A DNA stretch of 64,000 nt from Ptychomitrium polyphyllum. Its lineage: Eukaryota. The stretch covers positions 4,650,001-4,714,000 of the forward strand of contig OZ316776.1 of NCBI GenBank assembly GCA_973851085.1, given 5' to 3'. Shown here one piece after another: positions 52,501-64,000 of this stretch. Numbering within the stretch: the first letter of the stretch is position 1; every line of letters starts with the position of its first letter. Below the pieces are notes generated by a model. The model searched no databases. It had not been told where the DNA came from and saw only the letters and a list, made by a program, of their open reading frames with translations. A program made the translations under genes and the position numbers.

Positions 52501-55018
52501 TTGTGGAAAGTTTGACATGTAGTAAAAAACTCATTGTACATGCTCCAATTGTAAACACAAACAACATGGAGGTGACATCACTGATGAGATTTTTCAGTTG
52601 AGTTTACGAGTAACTCTATTATGTAATCTTCAATCACATGTCCTTTGTCCTAGTAAAAATTTATAAGTTACCTCCACTTCAATGCGCCATAAAGGTCGAA
52701 CAATCAATGAATTATTTCAACCAGTCATTCTCATGAGACGACCTGTTGGCACATGGGAAAGCTGAGACTTCACTAGAAAATGCCACCTATGCCTGCACAT
52801 GCACATGCACATGCCCATGCTCATGCTCATGCTCACTAGGCATTTTGTGGCGAAGGTCGTCATTGCACGTACAGTATTATTGTGCAGAGAGCATGTCTGG
52901 AATATACCTCAGCAAAAACGCCTGGTTCTCTGCAGGAGTGCACCCGGCCAGTTGCAGAGCTCGCCTGCTTCGTCCAGGAATGCACCATGTTCAGTTCTGC
53001 ACACAACATCATCCTACCACCCCCGTCCAAGTTCCATAAATGGTATCCAAACTTCTTAGAAGTCCTACATGAGTGAACAAAGTGAGCTAGAAATTGAAAT
53101 TGATTTGGAGACTAGTTGTTGCATTTAAAAAAAAAATTGGTGTTCTCTTTTATGAGAGAAGAATATAAGACCAGGTTTAGTTACAAATCTAAAATAAAAG
53201 GAAGAAGTAGAAATGAGGTCAAATTGGAATTTTTTTGCAAAGAGAATTCTTGCTGAAGCAGGGGAGCATCTGGTAGTGGAGCAACATGTAAGAGTTGTCC
53301 ATGGGCAAGCTTTGTCATTGCTTTGTCAAATTTTTATTGATAAAACCAAAACTTAATCACTTAAAGTCAAATTCAATTGTTTCAATACAGCTACCTACTA
53401 AGCCTTTTATTAGAAGGAAGTTAGCAATATAAGCCAAAGCATGATACAATCAATTCCATTTTATTAGTTTGAACCAAGTACTTTTGTCCAAAATGCACTT
53501 TTTATTACCACTACCTATGAACAACAACATTGATAATGAAGAACATGGCATGAGGTAGGAAACGGAATATAAATGTACCCATAATCCTCACTATTCCTTA
53601 AACAAACATTAATAACACATAGTTTATATTTAAATTTCATAAATAATATTAATTTTGGACACAATTGTATGAGTATTAGGGGCATCAATAGAAATTTTCA
53701 CTAAATCACACATCTAATGTATTTGAAAAATAAATAAATTTCCATATTAGTTAAATTCTATAAAGACATTTTTGCAACTTCCTATTTTTTTCCAATAACC
53801 TCTAACAATCCATTAAACGACTTGTCTTTTTTGAATCCGATTAAGTAGTACCATTCAAAAATCTTACAACCCAAGTAATCTTACAAAACTATGGGCCAGA
53901 ATACGACATAGTTGTTTAGATCACATTTCGCAGAACACGTATGTGAAGCTAGCATGTTCGAAAGGCATAGATTTTAGCGTCCCCCACCCTGCGCGGGCTT
54001 TGCGCGTGCGAGGGGTTTTAAGGGTTTGGTCGTCGAAAGCCGTCGTTGCGCGTCGACAGCGCAGTTGCGGGGCAGAAGACAACCCACAGAGCTCGCGTTG
54101 TCATCAGAATTCAAAGCTTTCAGAGTTCCGGGTCGCGCTATCGTGGTTTCATTTCCAAGTCGGAGCTTTGGGCCTGGTTTTCTCAGCTTGCTGTACTTTC
54201 CTGTGGCTGCTTTGGCTTCAACAATAGAGTTCGGTTCGTCTTGGAAGGGACGACGCTGGAGTGCAGTTCGGGTTTGTGTACTTTTACGGTCTTGGTTTTC
54301 TTGTTTTTCCAAGTGAGGTGGGACGTTGGCTTAGTTTTTCTGTTATGGCGATATCAGAGCGTTGGAATTCTCTTTCAGGATATGTGCACATCTGAAGGCT
54401 TGATTTGCGATCTTCACCTCGCTCAAATGCGCTCACTGGCGTGTTGTGCAAGAAATATAGGTTCAGGTTTTTGGATTCTCGTATTTGTGGTTGTGAGGTG
54501 AATGATAGTAGCGTTTGATTTAGGATCACCCCTTGATCTGGTATCAAGGAGAACGGAAAGCATGGTTGTCATTTTGTTTTTTCTGTTTTTGTCGTGTAAT
54601 GAGGCACACAAACTTGTAGGGTTTTGGGAATGTGGTATTAGCAGTACAATCGATTATGTCACACGTGAATTTGGTGCTGTCAGTTTAGTGTAGACAACAT
54701 TTTCTGTGCTTGAAATAGTTTTGGTGCAGATGAAGTGGACCTTGGTCTTTGTTTTACCTTGTGGAAGGAGGTGTTGAGTGCTTGTTTCATTAAATTTTAC
54801 TTGTGCACTTGGTAGATATAAAGTGGTCTTCATCACCTGATGTTCTTTCTGATTAAAATCTGTAGCTATGGCAGAAACCTCATATTGCTTGGTAGCTGCA
54901 GAATCTTCCATGTCCAGTGTAAAACTTTTTGTGTTTGGAATAAACTTTTCTATTTAAGTAATAACACACTTTTCTGAGCTCACTGCACAATTTCCTGATC
55001 TCTGCAGAATACGAACGG

Positions 55019-55168
55019 ATGGACACAGGTCTTTGTTCGCTTGAGAAGAGAATCGGGACGTCATTCCGATGCAGTGACCATTGGAGATCTCGCACCGTGG
55101 TTTTTCTTAGGCGCTGCAGATTTTTTTGTTTCGTTTTTCGTTTCGAAGAACCAGTTTCCAGGTTCTAG
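55019..55168 (+). CDS. Upstream ORF, 49 aa (MDTGLCSLEKRIGTSFRCSDHWRSRTVVFLRRCRFFCFVFRFEEPVSRF), candidate peptide uORF
   Basis: ATG 12 nt after the probable 5'UTR intron acceptor (CTCTGCAG ending 55007; donor GTGAGG 54313); stop 26 nt before the main ATG; below the ORF-track size cut-off. Confidence 0.5.
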   Translation: MDTGLCSLEKRIGTSFRCSDHWRSRTVVFLRRCRFFCFVFRFEEPVSRF

Positions 55169-55194
55169 CCTAGAAGGTGGCAACAAGTGTGAAG

Positions 55195-56041
55195 ATGGGT
55201 AATGACAGTCCTTCAGGTCGAAGAGGCGCCAACTCACTATCCCCATCTCCTTTCAAAAGAAGCTTATCAGTTCCTGACATTTCATGGCGTTCTCTTGGCC
55301 ATCGCCACAAATTCCTACTCTACATGCTTGGGCTCTTGACACTACTTTGTACAGTATATCTCTACTTCGCAGTTACCTTGGGGACAAGTGACTCATGTTC
55401 TGGTTTAGGAGGAGTCCCGCGTGTTCGTTGCCAGCTACATGCAAACATGTTAAAGGCTGATTCGATGAAGGCACACCATCGCCGGCTCTTGTATGTGGAG
55501 GATGCAGGTATGAGAATCTTACTTTCTTATATTTCGTTGGGAGGCACTGACTTTGATAGCGCGTTCCTTTCCTTAACGGTGTCTGAAGTTTCCAATATTT
55601 AAATGTCAGGTTTTAGACAAATGTAAATTGTCAAGTTCCCATGCATGCAGATTTTTTGCAGATTTTGCTTGTACAGCACTTTTTACAACTTACAATGCGT
55701 ACTGTCTTCTGTGACTCTTGGCAGATGCATCTCAAGAAACTGTGGTTCATTCTGGGGGAAGCAAGAAGGATTTTATGGAGTTTCTGAATTCTTGGCATGC
55801 CAGTATTAAGGATGTAGAGGAAAGCGAAATTACAAAGCTCAAAAGGGTTATTGCAAGTCTCCAAAGGACAATCTCAAGCCTTCACAGATCAAACACACGC
55901 GTTCGAAAGACAGTTACTGCCCTCCGGAAGGACCATCACACGTTTCCGGACGATGATGACCCGCCTGCAAAGGTCATTCCTTTGCCTCCGACAACCACTT
56001 CAGTGCCCGGAAGAGGCACCCGATTGAGAGGTGACATTTGA
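55195..56041 (+). CDS. Uncharacterised single-pass membrane protein, exons 55195-55507 and 55725-56041 (209 aa)
   Basis: GT-AG intron joins in frame. Basic stretch then TM segment (RHKFLLYMLGLLTLLCTVYLYFAVTLG), a CSGL...C motif, and a coiled-coil-like C-terminal region (EITKLKRVIASLQRTISSL). Confidence 0.75.
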
Positions 56042-59000
56042 CGATGTGAAATTGGCTAGATGTTTTGCTGCCGACTACCACTCTATGGGTGTGGTGATCA
56101 GATTTAACTTTCATCGAAGAGCGTTTGTAGAATCGACTGAATGGTAGAGCAAAGAGATATGTAGCAGTTTTTTTATTTTTCAAACCAACTTCAAATAGTG
56201 AAGTTATTGAGAACTCCATGGAGGATGATGCAGAGAGGATGATAGTTATGTATGTATCACCCTTATTTGCAGATGTGTTATCAAGGGAGATCCACTTTGA
56301 GGATCTTAGCTAAGCAAACGAGTGATTGTCATCACTTGTAATTGTTTACATGATATCACGTATAATGCACCTTGTTCTTGTATAGTGATGCACTAGTTGT
56401 TTGAAGAACTTTTTAATTTCAAGCTGTGACCAACTGTACAGTTGTGTACATCTAGCGCGTGTAGCTCGTCAGGTAAAGCTTGTGTTTCAAAACAGAAAGC
56501 CTTTAGCAAAATGCTTCATGCTTACTGAAGCGAAGTGAATGAATTGTTGGCAATGAAGCTTCTGCTAAATACCGAAATCAAGAGTAACACTGGAAAACTA
56601 CAAGTAGTTTAGACTTTAAAAAGTCCAAAGCTTATAACATGATGAAGTGGAAATTAAGTTGAAAATTTGTACTAATAAATTGCACCTTTTGGTGGACTCT
56701 TTTTGACTCCTAGTTGATAGGAATTGCAGTTTGAAGGTGAATACTTTAAGAGGGAGTTAGTATAATTGACCTATATAAATGGAGAATTAGCTACATCAAC
56801 TATAATATAGAAGGTTGGATTTACACTACGAAGTTTATCATTGTTCTTGAAGTATTCATTGTAAAACTCTATCTTCCAATTGAAGCATGTACAATTGAAT
56901 TACCTTCATTATCATGGTCTATATATATAGCCAAAAATTGAACTATACAACCCATGACATTGATGTATTATGATGTATTATAATGTATTATAATGTATTA
57001 TAATATAATTCATTTGAATTTAATTGTATGTATATATATACTTTTGATAATAAATTATCAAGTCTTTAAACCTTATTTAGGAAGTTGTAGAATAAATCTT
57101 TATTAAATTCAAGTTCCTTAGCTAACTTTGGACAACCACATAAATAAAGAAATGATCCCTCTATGTTTACTTTTTAAAATCAATTATTTATAATTATGTT
57201 AATCTTTTAAAAAAAAATCTTAAACAAATAATTCATTGCCAAATATATTTGAATTATGTAAAGTATGTAGCCTTCTAGAAAATTCATTAGTAATTTGGTA
57301 GCAAAACTATGTGAATTCAATTACAAGCTTTTTATATTTTGAAAGTAAAAATTAATAATAAAATTACCTTAGCCTTTAAGAACTTGAAATAAACACATCT
57401 ATAATTACAAAAATTTGATTATGAAAAATTAAGAATAAGTCATAATATAGACTATGGATGTTTTTTAAATTATTATAATATTTTTTAATGTTATTAGTTC
57501 TTGAAAACAACCTAATAATCCATGTATTTACAAAACATGAAGGAAAATGATTGCTTCAAGATGAAGTATTTAAATATTTTTAATTCTAAACTCCTTCAAA
57601 ATACATCTAGAATGGAAGTTGAGATTAAAAGCTATATTTTAAAAGATGATGCTTTCATAAGGCTTTTTGTAAATTTCACATTCAAAATTGAAGAATCTAT
57701 ATGAAGATTTATATGGTATTGGTGAGTATTACTTATAAGTAGCATGATTTCAAACATTAAATGAAGGAATAATTTTATTTTAATCTTTACATAACATTTT
57801 GTTTATATAGATTATAGAATTTTTTTAATATATTCAAAAATTATAAAAAATATATTGAAAATGAAGATTTGTTGAAAAAACGTATTTACTTGATTATAAG
57901 AAAAATTTCTAAAAGAAAAAAATCATTAAAATTATATTTTAGAAATCTAACTAACACTTAGGATTTGAAAATAATCAAAGAAACATCGTTTCAAATGGAA
58001 TATTAAACACATATACATTTGAAAAATACTATGCAATATAAAAATATCATTTTAGAAACAAGGACTATCTACATATACTTCTAATTAAAACAAAGTTTTC
58101 TGAACTGATATGTAACTTGAGAAGATGCCATTCACATATTATTTTACACATTTTAAATTTGCAATAAAGATTTAAAAGAAAAAATAATTTTTACTTGATA
58201 TTAAAATTCTTACATAAAACTTTTAAAAGATTTAAGGATATATGTTTTTAATTTTTTTACAATTTAATTTCAAAATTCAAATATTTAATGTATTAAAATA
58301 ACGTGAATTTTAAACATTTGATTTAATACGGATCCTACAAAGATCATATTTATATGCAAATAATTCTACTTGAAGCATATAAATATGAAATGAAGAAATA
58401 AGAGCTCTCAAAGACTTTTATGCATTTTGTGTAAATTTTTTTGTTGAAGGCAATGTTGGCAAGATCAAGTTCTAAATTAAATATAATGTAGATAAAGATA
58501 ATTGCAAGAAAAATAACATTTTAATAAGAAATGTTTTATTACATTTAAATACTCTTATAGAAAACACTATATTTTGAGTATATTATATTTTTCTATCTCA
58601 CAAATGTATTTGGTTATTATATGACTATTTTGAAGTATTATTAATTAAAACTATCTATTGAAAAATTGTCATGGACTTGTTTTCTATCTTGAAGGAAAAA
58701 CAAAAGATTTTTTCTCCTAATAATTATAAAGTTCACTTATAAAAAAATTCTAGAATATAAATTTACAATTAAAATTAAAATATATTACACTTTAATTATT
58801 TTGTCAGGTGAATGAATTATTATTTTTCGATTATCAATCTCAACATATTTAAATAAAAAAATAAAATTCTTATTTTTTCTTCTTCAAGTCCATATCTTCT
58901 CTAAAGTAAAATTTAAAGTTTTCTCCTAATTTCTTTTGAATTTGAATTCTGATTTTTAAATATAAAATATAGAATTCAAAAGTTAAATTTGCGTGTATAT

Positions 59001-60932
59001 TTTAAATACATGAGAACTGATATTTGAATTAATTTTCCAATTTATATTGCAAACACGATACTTGTATTTTTGCACAAAATTTGCTTTTATAAATTATAAT
59101 GCTTTATGCTTATGGTTTAAATTAACATTATTATAAACTATTAACTATTTGAAAAAATGTATAGGTTTTCTTTAATTAGTTTTTGAACATTCCAAATTTT
59201 TTTATCAAAATAATATCTGAATAAACATCACTGTATATTAGTGCATAAAATATCTGTATTGATAATGATATATTGATTTGTGAGAAGACATGTGTATAAA
59301 ATTTAGATTATATTATTAGCATACTTTTTTTAATTATATTGATGCATAAAAAAAGTAACTTGTAAAAATTAATAAAATCATTGTTAATGTCATTGTATAT
59401 TTTATCTTAAAAAATTCAAAAATGCCTTGTAGAAACATTGTGTTTTAAAATGTCCTATACTTGTAATGGCTTATAATGTTATTTGTGTTATGTAAAATTT
59501 GTTGAAGAATCTAATTGTAAAAAAGAAACCATACAACCATCAAAAACACAATACTTGTAAAAATGCCACATGAAGTATAAAAATGATACAAATGATGGTT
59601 ACATAAATACCAGTAAGGCCAACTTAAAAAATATTCTTTTTGGAAATTTTATTAGTATATTAAGGATTCATTAATTAAAAACAAGAAAAAAATGTTACAT
59701 TTAAATGCAATGTTTTTATGAGTACAATGTTGTTAAAAGAAGATAAAGTAATTTATATGGAATAAATTAATTTGTACCTCATATAAGCATTAAATATACT
59801 TTTAACTATCTTAGTTTCAATATTTCTTTGTTTTTGCAAAATGGTTGACATTTTAATTTTGGAAGGTTATAAAAACATTCCTAATACAATAGTAATACTA
59901 TAACCACTTTTTAGAATTTTTAATATGTATATAATAAAATTTGGTTGTATATAAAAAGGGCTATATTATTTTATATAGCATTATTTCTATTTTCATTGTT
60001 TAAATTTTTTTATTTTTAATTTTAGCTTCTAAATGCTTGTGCAGTTCAAAGTGACTATTTCCATACTATATTAGTGAAATAACATTAATCTAAATTTTTT
60101 TGAAGTTGGCTTGTATCTTTTTAAAATAAATTTTTTTGATGTTATAATAATATATTAAATCTTATTTTAAAGACTTAAGATTTTAAAAATATAAACTTAA
60201 TTAAGATAGGCTGTAAGATTTCCTTACAAAAAAAAGAATGCCCACTTCCAAGAAGTTACATGTCCATCCAAATTAAATTAGTAAATATAAAAAATTATAA
60301 AAAATCATATTTGATAGTTTAAGATATAGAAGTTTTCTTCATATTCTTTATTATAGTGTGAAGTCTTTTTTGGTTTGAGAACATCATCTTCCTTGCTAGT
60401 TGCTCCACATTATCTAAGGTTTTTTGAATGTGTTCAAGATCTATATGTGATTCATCACAAAAAAATTTGGATTTTTTGGATAGTCTTGTTAGAAGAAATT
60501 GGATTCTAAAAATCATTCTTTTTTTTCGGATAAAGCTTTTTGTACAATTTTTTATTTTCCATCCAAGTATTATAAGCTCAACATCAAATTGTTAGATTTC
60601 AACTAAATGTTTTATAGAAGTATGCAATCAATTACTTTGTACACATCCATGATAGAACATGCTTTCCAAGTAGGTTTTTGAGCAGGAGCCACATGTGGAT
60701 TCTTTGTGTAATGAAAAATGCGTTTTGTTCTATTTGGTGCTTTCATCCCGGGTGCCGTGAGCTTTGTCATTCCCGGGTGCTGTGAGCTTTTACATCCGGG
60801 ACGACGTGAGAAGCGCCGTGCTAGATTTCCCGGAACTGGAGAAGGAGTTGCGTTGCGATGGTGGCAGCGAAGTGGTGAGTTTTGATTTTAGGCGTGAGCA
60901 CAAAGGGTGGCCATTGCTCCTGCGCACACACC

Positions 60933-63900
60933 ATGACAGCCATGGAGCCTGGCGATGTCAGCTATCTCGGCCTCGCTGCTCTCATCACGGTGACTCTTTC
61001 GACCCACTCTCCTGCCTCTGCTCAGGCTTTTTTTCGCTTCCCTTTTTTCTTCACGCGCTGGATCCAATCATGTTTGCTTTGCGAGTGAAAGCTGAAGCTT
61101 TTGAGGATGATCCACGCGGAAGTTCGGGTGGAGAGAAAATCACGTCAGCGCTGTTGTGGCCAGGAAAGTTTTGTTGCGAGTAGCACGATAGTAGACACAT
61201 GAACACTGAGCTTGGTAGCGGGAGGACTTTCGAACACAATCTACAGTGCAGCTTCTTGAGTAGCTTTTCAGGAGAGGACATCTGGTGGTTAAATAAATGG
61301 GCAATACTTTAGGTGGGGTTTGCAGAAGCTCCTACAGTTCCTGTACTAGGGTCTGATAGGTTATCTTACATTCTCTTTCTGTGGGTTAACCTGAATGAGT
61401 CGTTTTTATGAGTATAATCGTTAATGTTTGTATTTCCGGGATTTGATGTTCAATATTTGCATTTTCGAGATTGATTCAGCGCTTTATTGTTGTGTAGCAT
61501 TTTCATACAAGAACCTGCTTTATCCGGCTGAACAGTTATCCTTCTCTCAGACTATAGACTTAACCCTTTTATGTCGTCAAGTGATACAATTTGAGGTATT
61601 CACCTTCTTTGGGTGGCAAATTTTGCAGGCAGTGTTCCAATTTACGTTTTTCGTCGTTGCAGCAACTTTGAAGTTTGATAAGGTGACAGATTTTGCAGGT
61701 AAAAATCGATTAAGCTTTTTAAACTGGATTTATCTCTGCTCTTTGGAAGGGATGGATGGAGACATTGTCCTCAAAACTGAACTTATTGCATTCATCTTAA
61801 TTTTATATTGTTGCTGGTTTTCTCGGCTTAAATTGTTAGCAACCTACGAGTGATGTATGCAACGCAAATTAACTTTGAGTGAGCTTCTCCACTGCCTCTG
61901 ACCTATTTGATTATGTAAAAGAGGCTAGGTTAATAGTCCGCGTCCTTTGAATGGACCAGGTACGTTCAATTTTGTAATACTTGCGGTTACAACCTTTTTT
62001 CTCAATGGCACGCACAACCTCCGTCAGGTCAGTCAGGGATCTTTGAATTTGAACATCTCTAGTGATTCTTCCATTTTATTTTGTTTCGTTTATGTTCGAT
62101 GTCCGTTATGAGATTTGCTCTTGAGAAATTATGCTATTCATAATGCATCATGATGACATTGTGAGGTATCTTGTATGTGGGTTACAGACGGTGCTGACAT
62201 CTATGGTTGTAGCGTGGGGCCTTCGATTGTCAACCTTTCTTCTTTTACGGTACAAAAGCTTCACTCTGTTCCGATGTGAGTTTGGACATTACGTAGACAT
62301 GATTGTATTGTTCACATTCTGATAATCTTACCTATCGTAGAGAGTTATATCATCCTCTTGGACTGACCCTGGATTGAGAACTTTATTCTCTAGTGACATG
62401 TTGATTGTGTTTTGAGATGCCAGTTTGTCATTGGTTGGACGTCATCTGTGTGATGTTTGAGAGCATTTGCAGTTTCACACACGGTTTTGTTTAATCTTTT
62501 GTGCACTATTCTTGATGTATATGTATGTATACGCTTTGGACGAAGAAACGGATTTTCTTAAAGAGCACTTACCTTGAGTCTCAATAAGAGCTTCTATTGC
62601 TGGACCTGTTATTTGCACCTTATATCGGACTATGCAGAAGATCCTAATCTTTGAGCCAGTTGAAACTCAACTTTTACATACTCTTACTTTGGAGGCAGGA
62701 TACTAGAATGGGGTGAGGATAATCGCATGGACGACAAGCGAGGCAATATTCCTAGATTTGCTGTATTTTGGACTCTCCAGGTATCATTCTCTCCAATTCA
62801 GACCTTTCAAGTTTATATCACTAGGCTTCGGAAGTTCAGCTACAGTTCACCGTACCAACCCGCCCCTGTTTAATCTTGTTATGAGTGGCTCTTCCGTCTA
62901 ATACTTTGAGGTGTTTTGATGTCAGGGCGTATGGGTGTGGACTGTGTCTCTCCCAGTTACTATTGTGAACGGAATAGTTACTCGAAATCCTGGAATTCAA
63001 ACCGCTGATGTGTTGGGTTGGGTTATGTGGAGCATCGGTGTGACCATTGAAGCAGTTGCTGATCAGCAGAAGCTTCGACTAAAAAGAGATCCAGCGTCCC
63101 AGCGTAGATGGTGCGATGTTGGTGTGTGGAAGTGGTCGCGGCACCCGAACTACTTTGGAGAGGTATGCAGATGCATTACTGTAGGTGCATGCAGGTGTGG
63201 TACGAATCTGTGAGGTTTCATCATGGAATATTGTTTCCGTGATGGTTTGCAGTTGAGTAGTTTCAGTAATTGTTAAGGTTGTCCATTGATATCAGTTTGA
63301 GGCACCATTTTGTGTCATTCAGGTCCTTCTAATTTTTGGTGAAGCCGTCTTGTACTAGTTTTTTTCAATGTTCCTGGTAATATTAGTTGTTTGACTTTCA
63401 TTCTATTGCGAGACAGATCTTCCTGTGGTGTGGAGTCTTTGTAGCTTCTACGCCAGTGCTGAACGGTGGCCAATGGGGAGCTATCGCTAGTCCAATCTTG
63501 ATCACTCTCCTCCTCCTCTTTGTCAGCGGCATTCCACTACTCGAGGTTTCTACACGCTTACTTAAATCAACTTAGAAGCGCAAATGGAAAAAATGCACAC
63601 TTTTCTATTTAACGTTTACTACTTGATCTTGGTAAGAAGCAAGCTCAAATTTATTGCTTGGGTTGAAGCAGGCATCAGCTGATAAGAAGCACGGAAGCAA
63701 TCCAGCTTATCGGGCCTATAAAAATAGAACGAGGTACTGTACATGGAGCTCCTTGTATTGCTTGTCTGGGTTGTGCATCAGAGAACCACCGATAGTGAGG
63801 ATAAGTTTTCTCGTTGTAAGTTTGTCAGTTGGATTAGCATTGTGAAAGAATTCTGAGTAATCTGCAAGTCCAGTGCCGACCTGCCAAGCTTTTCTTATTT

Positions 63901-64000
63901 CTCTGTCTGAAAGTAAAGCGGATGTCCTCTTTACTCATACATTGACGACTACTATTCTACATTGTGACAGCCCTCTCATTCCGCTTCCGCCTGCTCTTTA
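60933..64000 (+). CDS. DUF1295 / 3-oxo-5-alpha-steroid 4-dehydrogenase-like membrane protein, 3'-partial. Exons 60933-60989, 61629-61698, 61960-62027, 62188-62249, 62699-62780, 62926-63162, 63417-63545, 63672-63733, 63971->64000
   Basis: All introns GT-AG with consistent phases. Motifs FDKVTDFAG, WGLRL, WGEDNRMD, WVWTVSLP, EAVADQQK, WKWSRHPNYFGE, SGIPLLE and TSPLIP, as in At1g18180/At1g73650-type proteins. Confidence 0.93.

Noticed and set aside
53943..54547. Cluster of 87-151 aa ORFs on both strands
   Set aside because: GC-rich promoter, 5'UTR and intron of the downstream gene; mostly non-ATG starts and no domains.
56600..60600. 4 kb very AT-rich stretch
   Set aside because: No ORFs, termini or repeats that could be supported; ordinary intergenic or decayed TE DNA.

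Overview
Eukaryotic land-plant genomic DNA; a moss such as Physcomitrium patens is most likely (inferred from gene structure, AT-rich intergenic DNA and Tcn1-like gypsy elements). The left third is a ~5.0 kb near-perfect inverted repeat (4360-9382 / 13484-18506) carrying two convergent six-exon plastid transketolase genes that encode identical 747-aa proteins. The arms fade into diverged but still alignable flanks, which points to an old duplication kept homogeneous by gene conversion. The spacer holds a decayed PIF/Harbinger transposase and a 1.9 kb direct duplication around a 100-N gap, probably an assembly artefact. The middle is AT-rich and contains a decayed full-length chromodomain Ty3/gypsy element (34837-43897, TSD CATGA) with a Tf1-like self-priming signature. 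Its RNase H region carries three nested solo LTRs, each with its own 5-bp TSD. The right part holds an F-box gene (At5g46170/AUF1-like), a small single-pass membrane protein gene preceded by a 49-codon uORF, and a DUF1295 steroid-5-alpha-reductase-like gene that runs off the window. No tRNA, rRNA or CRISPR features were seen.
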